64,000 nucleotides of DNA, from the NCBI GenBank assembly GCA_008632985.1, contig QPGO01000005.1, positions 889,607 through 953,606 on the forward strand. The letters run 5' to 3'. Under the pieces are notes generated by a model, which was not told the origin of the DNA, searched no databases, and was given only the letters and a program-made list of their open reading frames with translations. Each line of letters starts with the position of its first letter. Within the stretch, counting starts at the first letter, position 1. This document shows, piece after piece, positions 1-11,456 of this stretch. The position numbers and the translations under genes were made by a program. The DNA is from Psammoneis japonica (taxonomy: Eukaryota).

Positions 1-955
1 CCGGCCACCACCCAGCATAGTATCCCATAATGCCGCGCTCTCTTGCCAACCCGGTAATGGCCTTTGGAAGGTTCGGATAGTTTCCAGCCATAATGTTGTC
101 CGTGATCATCATTTGCGGTGTCGATACAATAGAGCAGCAAATAGTGGAAATGGCCGAACTGAGAAAGTCAAGTCCTGGGCCAATCTTGTCGGCTCGTTTG
201 GCAAGATTTGGATTGCGTTGCACAAGCTTGTCCATGCGGTCTCGTACCATTTCCAAAACAGCAAAATTGATTGCACCATGGGGAACACTCAACAAAAAAT
301 TAGCACCGGCCCCACGGGTAAGCATACCAAAGTTTTCAGGCTTGGCAAGATTCGAAATTGTCGATTCAGTGTTGGATTGTAGGATGGTCTTCATGGTGTT
401 GGCAGGATGCATGACAGTTTGAGCGACGCTCCGACTTACAGCACCCGCAACCATATTTTCCCAAAAGAACAAAGGACGAACGTCCAATACTGCACTCCCA
501 CCTCGTGATGTTGATACTGCTTTTGTCGAATCATCCTGTCTTGAACCATGCTGCTTACTCTCTGACAGTTGCCGCTGATGTTTGCTATTTGTAGCGAAAG
601 AGCACAGTTCCGCTTGCGTATAGTCATTGCCAGAACCTTCCGTTGATATTCTTCTTCTACCTGAGGCCGTCTCTGTTCGAGTTCCCGAGGTAGACCAGTC
701 TTCTCCAAAATACTCTCGTCTCGCGTCTATCGCAAATGTCGACGCATGAGCAGCTGGAGGCCTTGTGAAAGGGGATCTGTTCTGTCGGTGCGCTAGAGCT
801 GAACGGACCCCAACCCCAAAAGGTGCCGATACCTGCTTCCATAAGTCATGCCGTAATCCTGTTGACCCATGGATTACCAACAGGGTTGTCGATAGCCATA
901 GCAGAACCCACGATCGAACATACTGTCGTTGTGATGGTGAATTGGTACAGAACAT
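1..955 (-). CDS. Mitochondrial carrier family (SLC25) protein with long N-terminal extension; 3' end runs off the window
   Basis: Open minus frame from ATG at 955 to the window edge. It reads ...ENMVAGAVSRSVAQTVMHPANTMKT...STPQMMITD...GIMGYYAGWWP (degenerate Px[DE]xx[KR] carrier motifs). The N-terminus has a hydrophobic signal-like stretch (WVLLWLSTTLLVIHGS). Confidence 0.8.
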   Translation of the reverse strand, partial: MFCTNSPSQRQYVRSWVLLWLSTTLLVIHGSTGLRHDLWKQVSAPFGVGVRSALAHRQNRSPFTRPPAAHASTFAIDARREYFGEDWSTSGTRTETASGRRRISTEGSGNDYTQAELCSFATNSKHQRQLSESKQHGSRQDDSTKAVSTSRGGSAVLDVRPLFFWENMVAGAVSRSVAQTVMHPANTMKTILQSNTESTISNLAKPENFGMLTRGAGANFLLSVPHGAINFAVLEMVRDRMDKLVQRNPNLAKRADKIGPGLDFLSSAISTICCSIVSTPQMMITDNIMAGNYPNLPKAITGLARERGIMGYYAGWWP

Positions 956-3900
956 GCTGAAATATGAATCAATGAAAAAGCGGGACTCCTGTCTATCGCT
1001 GTAGTTCCTTTCCTAACTATAGCTGAACTCCGAAGGGACCCTTCTGAACGTCTCTCAAGCTGGTATGAGTGGTAGTTCGTGTGTTTGATGTGTTGCAGCA
1101 CAAGAAAATGTGCGCATCAAGAGCCAATGTCAAAAAAAGTGATGGCGAAGAGAGATCGCAAAAATCGACGAGCTTCGGTTTCTCTCGTGAAAAAGCGGCA
1201 ACGTGGAACCATCCTACGTCTCCTTCATACTGAAACCACGTAGAAATCACTACATAACCAGTTGGATCGTCAGGGTTCTCATGTGACACATTGTGACGTA
1301 CAGAGCAAATGATTGGCTCAATTGATTCACGAGCGTTAACATTTTAGTCTCACTCCACGATCATTGTGAGAACACGGTGAACCATGGTGAATGATGATGA
1401 TGGATGCAGGAAATGCATGGCGCCAACAAGAACTGATGGGAAGCAGAGCACTTTCATTGCCTTGGCTTGCTGTTCCACATTCCTTGGTTGCTTGTTTTCT
1501 CCTCTTCTGTGCCAAGAGCCTCGTCTCATGTTTGTTGAGACAGCCCCCTGGCTGAGTGGCTTGCAAATTTGCTGTGCGCCGTCTGACAGGAGCCAGGAAT
1601 TTCTCAAACAAACAAAAGGTCTTGTGGCTCAAAAAGAAGTGGCACAATTTGAAAATTAAAGTTTTTTTTTTGCCCAAGTGCTTGCCACTGAAGTTTTCTT
1701 TTTTTGTCTTTTTTTGTTCGCACATTTTGGGCATTGACCCCCAAGACAAAACAGCCGTGACCCTCGGTGATGGCCACAGCCCCTCAGTGGACCAGTCACA
1801 ACCTGTTTTGGGTCAGGGTCATTGAATCTCATTGCAAACGATGATGAGGTCACACGTGTGCACAAAAATTGCTTCCAAATCAATTGAAATGAAGCCAACA
1901 AAAAAAAACTGTGCAAGATTGTGCTGCTGAAGCTCCTCTTCCACCTGCTGGGCTGCACCCCAAGCTGCTGCTGCCACAACTCAGTCATCACAATGCAAAA
2001 TTCAATGTCCTTCTTTTTGGTCTTCTGGCACTGGCTGCAGCACAAGCCAATTTTTCCTTTTGCTCCAAAGTGCTTGTCTGTGCATGGAGGCACTCACAGC
2101 CGCATTGTGCTCCAACAATTTCAAAAAATTTCCAATGCCACTTGCCCATGTGCATCAACACCAGTGCAAAAAGAGTGGTGCAGAAGAACCTGCTGGTGCC
2201 ATGTTGACAATGGGATGAAATTGAGCTTGCACTCTGTGAGGAAAGCAGCACACCCACATGCAAAACATGCTCTGGCTCTTTTTTTGGCTTTTGAGAAGGC
2301 CAAAAAGCCAAAAAAAATTCTCCATCCACAACTTGTCTGTTGTTGGGGGTGCTGCTTTTGCTTGTGAGTGTTCACACCAGGCAACTGGCCAGCAGCCTGA
2401 CTTTGGAGCAACTTTGCTGTGGACAGTGGGCTCTCGCCAGCTGTGTGCTGCAAGGGAGGGGGGCTCTGCCACATCAAAGCATTCAATGTGTGCACTTGTC
2501 AAAAACAAATGAGCTGTGTTGCTGCACCAAGCACACCAGTTTTTGGAAGACTTTCATCACAAAGCTTGCCAAGACATTGATGCCTCTCCTCCTGTCAAAA
2601 GCACACACTGTTGTCCAACATCTGTCCAGCACCCAGCTCACCAAGTTGGCACATGGTGCACGAGCACTCATGGGCAGGTGTTGGGGTTGGCAGACACAGC
2701 CTTTCCAGGCAGCTGGCATCTGACACATGGCTCAGTTTGACACCACAACTCCTTGTCCTCTTGCAAAAAGGCAACTTCCAAAATGTTTTTCATCAAGAGA
2801 ACCCTCTCTTGCAAAAAAGCCAACATTTGACTCTCTTGGCTGGGGGGCGGCATCTGCCGCCACATTTGAAGTGGGGTGCACATGTGTTGGTTTGGCCCTT
2901 GCCTTCTCTTTGATGACACCAAAAGTAAAATGCTTGGTGCATTTCCTGAGCAACTCCCCAAAGGCAGGCATTGGCTCTCCAAAAAATGACATGCCAGCTG
3001 CCAGCAATTGCCACACAACACACTTCATTGCTGAGGAACAAAAGAGTGCACCAAAGTCAGACCTGAGGCAGTCAAGACATTCCAGCACCAAACATTGCTT
3101 GGGCTTCTCAAGTTCAACATCTTTGGCAGTGCCCCCTCAAACCACAAACTCTGTCTTGATCTCACCTTGAGCAGGGCGGGTGGAGTGTGTCTGGGTTTCC
3201 TTCTTCACCAAGGCCAGTCCACCAGGTGAAAACAGGCAGCCAGAGACAAAGCAGCAAGAAGGAGCATCAGCAGCAGTGCAAGCATTCCTCACCTCCCAGT
3301 GGCTTGCCTGCCAGAGGATTTGCTTGGCTGCTCATGAGCAAATGTGCTGTGTGGGCCGCTGATGCCCAAACAGTGATGACAGCACTGGCGCAGACACTCC
3401 ACATCTCATTGCTTGGCTTTGTTGATTGTGGTGCTCTTTCCAAACATTGCTCAAGGAACTAAAAGGCAAGAGTTGCGGCAAAAGCATGGGCTCATGCAAT
3501 GTGGACCACCAACAAGAACAAAAGCAAAGAGGATGATTGCACGACACAATCCTTGAGCTTGAATCCAGATGTTCCTCTCATGCTTTAAGAAGCTTCCTTG
3601 GCACTGCTAGGGCGCTCATGGTCAAGAGGCTTGAAGACCCTTGTTTTGAGAAAAAGGCCACAAAAAAAGAGCACAAAAGCTGCAGGAAAAGCAAGAGATG
3701 AAGACATGACTGCTCTCAAGCCAATGTCCAATCCTTTGGCTGCATCACACAAGAGACCCATTTGAACAGCAGTGGAAGCTCTTTGTTCAAAAGAGCACCC
3801 CCCTGCCCAAATTCAAGGACATCACACAGCACCTTCTCCACTGCTTTTGTCTGTCATCAGCTGTGTGCAACCCAAATGAGGATGGCAAATTCTTGTCAGA

Positions 3901-6749
3901 ACAACAACATTCAATTTGAGCTGGCTGGGGCCACAGAAAATGGATGGGTTGCTCTCCAACAACATTCTTTCTTGTCAGGCTTGCAGCCCTGTTTTTTGCA
4001 CATTTTTCTCCGTGTGAAAGGTTGTTGAAAGAAGCCAACAACAGAGGTTGCATTGCTGGCAGTGCAAGCAACAAAGAGAACAGCACTCAGAAGAAGAGAA
4101 AGCAGCTCACCAATGTGATTCCAACAGTGCAGCAGCAACCCTGGCAACTTGCTTGTGCTGCAGCAGAGGGGGCATGCCATGATGCATGGCAGCAGATGCG
4201 TTTAATCTGTGGTGCTTGCCAATCATTTCATTCCAAATTTGCCACTTGCCACATCAGCAAAGTTCTCTTTTTGGGGGGCAGCATGCTTGCCCAAACCTTT
4301 GTTGCAAGTGTTCAAAAATCAAGAAGAGACAAGCACAAAAACAGATCACAACAGCGCACAAAGTGAGCAAAGTGGCAGCATTTCAAAAGGGCTCTTTTGT
4401 CTGCACCACCCCAATGGCTGAAGTTTGGTGCAAGCTGCTGAGTGACAATGTTGTCACTGTTGCCATCAATGTTGGTGCAAAGGCTCCAAAGAAGGGAGAA
4501 AATCTCCTGAAGGATGTCATCAAAGACAGAGGCAAGGCAATCTCATCTTGGCTGTGCTGCCCCTCCAAACAGCTGGTGGCCTTGGCTGCATGTGGGCTTG
4601 CATGGCAGCACCTGCTTGCTCAGGGTGAACAAAATCTTTCCAACTGCCAGCGCAGCAATGGGCAACAAGATGCCTCCAATTGTGAAAGCTCCATGGGCCA
4701 GTTGCACAAAGAACAAGAGCTCACAGCCATGATTCATTTGGCTGGTGCACAGCAGGCAAGAAGAAGCTTCTGATTGTGAAAGCTCCTTGCTGGACCAACC
4801 ACAAAGAAGTCAACTTGCAGCAACACAGAAGGCAGCACAGATGTGGAGTTCACCCAACAGCAGATGCTGTGCACAACAATTGAATGCAGAGACTCTGGCA
4901 CCTTCAAAAGTGAAGCCTGGCATTTGTTGCAACATGACTCACTCTCATGAGCTGGGCCTCTGAGACCAGTTGTTGACACATGAAGTGGCCTGCCTGACCC
5001 ACCACTGCTCATGGATGGGTTCTCAAGTTTGCCAAAATCAGATGGGAAACACAAGGCATCAGGCAGCAGCATGGTGCAATTCTTGAAAAAGCATGGAACA
5101 AAGTTGACAGCAATGCCATCTGGCAGAAAATGTGCAGGCAAGCACCGAGGAGCTCAAGAAGGACACCACAAGATGATGAAACCACAAGTGCCAGTTCATT
5201 CTCATCTGGAAGATGTTGTGGCTCTTGTTCAGAATTCACACTCTCTTGTTCAGAATTGTGTGTTCTCAACAAGTCCTTGACAATTGCCAGCGAAGGGAGT
5301 TTGTGGCAATTGTTCCAACCTTTCAAGTGGGATTTAACAGCTGAGCGATGTGACTCCTCTCAGTCTCATTGCACACACATTCTTGACAATTTTTCACATC
5401 TGCTCAATTTTGACATTCATTTCCATGTCCATTGACCACACAATGTCCACTTTGTCAATTACACTGACCTTTCAAGTGGGGGATGACAGTCAACAAAACT
5501 TGTCACTTGCACTTGTTTCTGTCTCAACAACCATGTGTTCACAACAACTTTCTGACATCATTCATTTCTGACAACAATGATGTTCAATTGTCTTGTCAAC
5601 CTGATTTCACATTGGCTGTGTGCTGATGCTTGTCATCTGATTTGCAAATGTCCCATTTTGTCATTTCTGTGCTGCACACCAAACAGTGCGCCCTTTTTCC
5701 CACTCTTGTTTTTCTCCTGCATTCCACCAGCTCTTGTTGTCCTTCGCATTCCCTGCAAATGAGTGTGATGTTTTGGTCCTTGTGTCCTCCTCCTTTGCAA
5801 CCACTCTTGCTCTCTCTGGGATTGTCCACGCCAGGCAACGACATTGTTGTCAATGATCTGTCTTGCGTTCCTTCTGTTTGGCAGGCCAAAGTGTCACCCA
5901 CAACAAGAGAAAACTTTGTGCCAATGATCAGGTTTTGTGCATGTCTTGTGTTTCTTGTGATCTTGTCTCATGTGCTGCTTCTGCTCACCTTTGTGCCCTC
6001 CCCCATTGCCTGTCTTCCATTGCAGCTCAGGCATGTGTCTGGATGTCTGTGTGCAAAGATGTGCACAAGTGTCAGTCTTTTGCATTGGACGCCCATTCTC
6101 CATGCATTTGCCACTTGTTTTTCTCACCTTGTGTCCTGCATTTTATTCCGCCCCATTTGCAATGCCGTTGCCCATCCCCACTGCTCTCATTGTCAGACAT
6201 TGGATGCAACTTGAGTTTGCATTTTTTCTTGTGTCTTGTGAGGGAGCAACAATTTGTGTTTTTGGCCAAAATGCAAGCCTGGCCATCAATTGATTCCCAT
6301 TGGCATCTCTTTTTCAGCAACAACATTTTTTTTTAAATCAATGATTTTGTTGCAACACAATGGTTTGAATGATCTGAAAAAACCTCAACGAATCATTCAG
6401 TCATTGAAGTCACACATGCATTCAACCAGCTTGATTTTGTCACACTGATGTGTTCTTGTTGAGATTGAAATTTTCACACTTGTGCTGCACACTCCCAGCT
6501 CTGGGACTTCAGTCAACACCTTTTTGCCATTTGATGTGTTCAAAAATTGCCGCTGCCAACAAGACAATTGGCTCTCTCCAGAAAGCTCAGAAACAGACCC
6601 TTCATGCCAGTGAAATGACAATTTTGGAGACCAACCTTGCAAGGAAAGTGGGCAACTTGAAGGTGGGTTGTGCCCTTCTGTTCTCTCTCAGTTTTCTTTC
6701 CAAACAAGAGACAGGGAACACCATGAATTTCCATTCACTGACTCCCTGC

Positions 6750-7920
6750 CCTGGTTGTTGCTGGCACCCCTGGGACACAATGGAGGCACCCAAGGCTGTT
6801 CAAAGACAACTGGGCACTTGTGCTGTCACACGGCACAGAAAGCTCCCTTGTCTCTGCAAGGTGAGGTGGCTGGGCCAAAGTGAGCCAATCACATCATGTG
6901 CAGAAAGGGGGTGCATTGGCCCAAGACCAGGCTTTGCCTTCCCAGCCATTGTTGTTCTTGCCTCCTCAGGGACCCAATGAAGTCTCTTGTGCCCATCCCA
7001 AGACAACTGAGTGCTCTTGTGCTGTCACACAGATGGCTCCCTTGTCTTTCTTGCAAATTGGTTCTTGGCTGGGCCAAACCCAGTCACGTCAGAGAGACAA
7101 GGTGCTGCACTGACACAAGATGAGGCCTGTGCTTCCCAACCATTGTTGTTGTTGTGTCCTCTGGGATCCAACGGAGTGGCTCAAAGCCATTCCAAGACAA
7201 CTGAACACTTGCACTGTCACACAGATGGTTTTCTTGTCTCTGTGGTGGTGGGGGCGGCTGGGCCAAACCCAGCAGTCATGTCAGAGAGACAAGGTCCTGC
7301 ACTGACACAAGACAAGGCCTTTTCTTCCCAAGCGTTGTTGTTGTTGGCTCCTGACAACCAAGCACTTGTGCTGTTGCACAGATGGTTTTCTTGTCTCTGT
7401 GGGTGGGGGGTGGCTCTGGGCCAAACCCAGTCATGTCAGAGAGACAAAGCATTGACACAAGACAAGGCCTTTGCTTCCCAACCATTGTTGTTGTTGCATC
7501 CTCTGGGACCCAATGGAGTCATCTGACACCATCCCAAGACAACGGAGCACTTGCGCTGTTGCACAGATGGTTTTCTTGTCCTTGCAGGAGGTGGGGTGGC
7601 TGGGCCAAAGAACCCAGTCATGTCAGAGAGACAGGGTTCTGTGTTGACACAAGACAAGGCCTTTGCTTCTCAGCCATTGTTGTCATTGCATGTTCCTCTG
7701 GGACCCAATGGAGTCATCCAATGCCATCCCAAGACACAGAGCACTTGCGCTGTTGCACCAATGTTTCCCTTGTCTCTGCAGGCTGGCTGGCTGGGCCAAA
7801 GCCAGTCATGTCAGAGAGACAAGGTGCCGCATTGACACAAGACATGGCATTTGCTCCCCAACCAAAGTTGTTGGCATGTCCCTGGCAGCCCACTGGAGTC
7901 CTCCAATGCTGCCCCAATGC
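6750..7920. repeat. Diverged tandem repeat, ~6 copies of a ~185 bp unit
   Basis: The anchor GGGCCAAA recurs at ~6872, 7071, 7260, 7418, 7602 and 7793, mostly followed by CAGTCATGTCAGAGAGACAAGG...TGACACAAGACAAGGCC. Confidence 0.9.
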
Positions 7921-8653
7921 ATCTGCGCTCCTCCTTTGTCACATCTGTGGGCCCCATGCTTCTGCACGTTGTGCGCAGCTGGGCATCTTCTTGTTTGTGG
8001 AGGAATCATGCAAGGGGCTGCTGCTGCCCAAGACAAGGCTTGCAGCTTCCCAAATCAAGAGTGCAAAGATGCCACAATTGGGCCAACTCACTCAACAAAT
8101 GCAGACTGAGTGCATTTGGGGTGCGTGTCATGCGGGCAGCAACTCAAACCAATGTGCCTTTGTCATGGTGATGATGATGATCTGGCTTGGCATTTTGCAA
8201 ATGTTTGCTGGGACATGGGGGCACCACCACATGCTCCATTTTAGTGTCTCAAATGACGTTGGCCTGTGCACCAAGCACCATCCACCCGGCAAGCCTGTTG
8301 CTCCAATTGGAGACACCAAGACATGTCATCAAACTCAACACCAGAATGAACCCCTGGGAACTGTGGATGTGAACTCTGGCCATTGTCTTCATTTGCGATG
8401 ATGGCAACAAAATGAAACAATCTTCCCAGTCTCTGTCATCTGGCAGTGGCTTTCCAAGCAGTGGCGCCATTGCTTGCTTCATGAGATGCAAAGACCATGC
8501 CTTGGCAAGTTTAAATCTAGGCTGCTCTTCCTGCTGTTCCCAGTGCTTTTCTTGCTGCAGCACTGGGGGTGTGCTTCCCAAAGTCATCGCAAGGGTTCAG
8601 GCCAAAATGGAGAAAGAAAAACACTGGAGATGTCATTGAAAATGTCTTTGGAG

Positions 8654-8655
<2 letters not shown>

Positions 8656-8685
<30 letters not shown>

Positions 8686-8692
8686 CATTGTT
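8656..8692 (+). repeat. (GTT)n microsatellite
   Basis: Run ttgttgttgttgttgttgttgttgttgtc seen directly. Confidence 0.9.
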
Positions 8693-8867
8693 GCACATCC
8701 AACCAGGACAACAAAGTGGATTGTGACAGGGGCGCACCATTGTTGTTGGTGGATGTTAGATCAGAGGGGATGAGTTGTGCGGTGTCCAGCAGGAAAAAAG
8801 GACAGATGCAGCAGAGACAGAGGAAAGCAAAGGCAGAGAGCTGGCAAAATGGAAGGAAAAGGAAACT

Positions 8868-10385
8868 GATGAAGCTGTTCTTGAGAGGTTTGAAATGAGG
8901 ACAAAATGAGCCACACAGGTGACTAAAACAAAGGCAGAGATCTGACAAATGGAGGGGAAAAATGAAGCTGTTCTTAACAAGAGTTTAAAATGAGGACAAA
9001 ATGAGCCACACAGGTGACTTCACACGATGCTTTTTGGCCACAGCTGCACAGCCATTGCTGTGATTTTTGACAAAAATGCTCACAACCCATGAAGTCAATT
9101 CTTTTTCTTTCCAAAACGCAGACACGCAATGCAACTCAAGTCAACCATGGGATCAGTTGCAGCGGCAGCAATGTTTGACACCAAGTGCAAGAAACATTTG
9201 GAGAGTGTGTTGAAACATCATTGCAATCACAAGGTGTGTGTCCCAAAGAAAGGCATCATCTTCACTCAATTCCTTTTGTCATCGTCTGAACTTTTCACTC
9301 AATTCATTTGTTTCTTCTGCATCGGACAATGCAGCGAATGTTTTGAAGGTCCAAAGTGGAGTGCACCCTGCAGCCACCCATGACTTGGATGTTGCATTCA
9401 AAAAAGATGACAGAGAAAGGCACGCACTCTTTCTTTGGTTTTGTTTTCTGTGTCAAAAACAAAAGCAAGCGTTGGCAAGAATCCTTGCTTGTCATGATCA
9501 TCTGTGACAATCAAATTGACTCAATGTCTGCATCAATTTGTCCATGAGTTTCAATCAATGACTCAAACACCACCCTCCATGACCCACGGAGACTGTCCTG
9601 GGGGCAGCTGTCAGGTGTCAAAAATTTGTGCAAGTTCCTGAGGAGCCACGCCAAGCAGTTGGACATTGGATCCTGTGAGCATGCCAGCTCCAACCAAATC
9701 AATTTGGAGCACAGCTTAAATTGTTCACATTGTCTGCAAAGAGGAATTTTCAAGTGGTCAATGCTTCTAAGATTGGGGCCAAACTGCAGAAAATGCTGCC
9801 AGCAACAATCAAGTGACAACAGCTGACGGGAACCCTTCGTGTCGGACACCCATTTTTGTCATTTTGCATGCACAGAACAATGTGCAGTTTGTCAATGATG
9901 TGGATTGAACACTGCACAATGGTCCAGGAAGCATCTGCTGCATGAAAGGGCATTGAATGTGAGCAACAGCAAGAATCAACAAGCACAGTCAGTGCCATTT
10001 AACCATGAAAGGTGGGTTTGAACCAGGGCTTGGTGAGTGCGCAGGCAGTTCTCTCTGCCGGGCTCCAAGCACTGGAAATCATTGCTGCAATGATGAGAAT
10101 GGCTTTGTCAAAGAGCAATGCCATGAAGTGCTGTGTCTCAAGAGTCTTGTCAACTGACACATCATGTGAAGCTTGCTCGAGTGCCTTTCAGAAACATGTC
10201 GCCAAGCTCACTTCCCTTGGCCACGACAGATTGAACCAGCAAACTGCAGCACACAGAGAAATCACTCATGTGAGCCACACAGGCAACTTGAACAAAGACA
10301 GAGATCTGACAAATGCAAGGAAAAAAAACAAATGAAGCTGTTCTCAACAAGTGCCCACAATGTGGACAGAATGAGCCACACAACA
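8868..10385 (+). repeat. Dispersed ~90-100 bp repeat: two tandem copies at 8868-9019 and related copies at ~10270-10385
   Basis: ATGAAGCTGTTCT...GGACA(A/G)AATGAGCCACACA and CAGAGATCTGACAAATG occur at both locations. Confidence 0.8.
9129..10260 (+). pseudogene. Decayed hAT-superfamily (DUF659-like) transposase remnant
   Basis: Fragments across frames, in the expected order: VCVPKKGIIF, SDNAANV (TDNAAN-like), VKNLCKFLRSH, RVLSTDTSCEACSSAF and HDRL (resembling the hAT C-terminal dimerisation motif R.LS...SS.CER.WS.F...RNRL). Confidence 0.5.
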
Positions 10386-11018
10386 TGTGGCTTGGAATGA
10401 GCAAAACAGACTCATTTGTTTGTGACTTGATGACTGCTGAGAAACAAAAATGACAATTGTGTGTGTTGAAAATCTGTGGATGCAATCAGCGCACATGTGA
10501 AAATTTCAATCATTGACAAGTTGCACTCTTGTCAAGCACAGAAACATGTTGCAGACACTCTGACGACATCTTTTGCTGCTGCTGTGCTTCAGCTGCTGGG
10601 TTCCAACAAAAGTTTGCACACTGCAACAATGGAATTTTGGCTGGCTTGGTCTGCAATGTGTGGTGGTTTGTGCAAATGCATCATCTGCAAAGGGGCAAAG
10701 CAAAGTTTTCATTTGAGCACACGCTTGGCACTCCTGACAACTCTGGCGCCGAAGAACTCCACCCACACACTTTGTTGCACCTGGCTTGCTCACAGCATGT
10801 GGCACACATTTCTCAGAAGTGACTTCTTGTTGCAACAAACAAGAAGAGAGAAGAAGTCAGCTGAGTGACAGCTGCAACAACAGCACTTTGTGCTGTTGGA
10901 CACATGAGACATTTGGGGCAAGGAGCATCTGCGCATTCCTGCCTGCACACAGGAGTCACCCAGGGAAGCAAGAAGGATGAAAGCAAAAGGGGGGAGTGAC
11001 ACATCAACAGCATTTGGC

Positions 11019-11041
11019 GGGGGGGGGGGGGGGGGGGGGGG
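11019..11041 (+). repeat. Poly-G tract (23 nt)
   Basis: Seen directly. Confidence 0.9.
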
Positions 11042-11456
11042 ATTGTGGCGTGATCTTGTGAACTGGCTTGAAGAGCTTTTAGATTTTTGTGCAGCTGATG
11101 AAAGGAAAAAATGTGGGCAACTGTGAGGAGCTCAGATTCCATGCTGAGCATGTTGCTCCAAAGATGGGTCCCTCATGTTCCCAAGCAGACGAGTCACCAC
11201 AATTTGGAGGAAAGTGTGCTGCAGTTTGTTGGAAGCAAGCTTCTCTTTTGACAATTTGATGTGGATGCACTGACAGGATTGTACAGCACTGCGTCGAGAC
11301 GGGAACGATGATGAGCAGCAGCGCCACATCGCCACATCCCCCACATCGCACATTCATTCAAACGGCATTCGACACGATTTGACGATGGACAGACCAAGAC
11401 GGTCGCGACTAAATAAAAGATCTTATTCTCTACGAGTATGGCAAGAAGAGACGGCA

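Larger units (their letters stand above)
1305..11280. mobile_element. Degenerate repeat/TE domain 1 (CpG- and TpA-depleted)
   Basis: About 10 kb with roughly 20-25 TpA by eye and few CpG. No intact gene; contains tandem repeats and a hAT-like remnant. Normal composition resumes at GTAC ~1299 and GTAC 11281. Confidence 0.75.

Noticed and set aside
6750..7920. CRISPR-like array
   Set aside because: The whole ~185 bp unit repeats with no unique spacers, no cas genes are present, and the context is eukaryotic.
1336..11151. Dozens of overlapping Cys/His/Gln-rich ORFs in all six frames (also in the other three domains)
   Set aside because: Artefact of TpA loss: TAA/TAG stops and Tyr codons vanish and TG/CA codons rise. 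They have no coherent domain structure.
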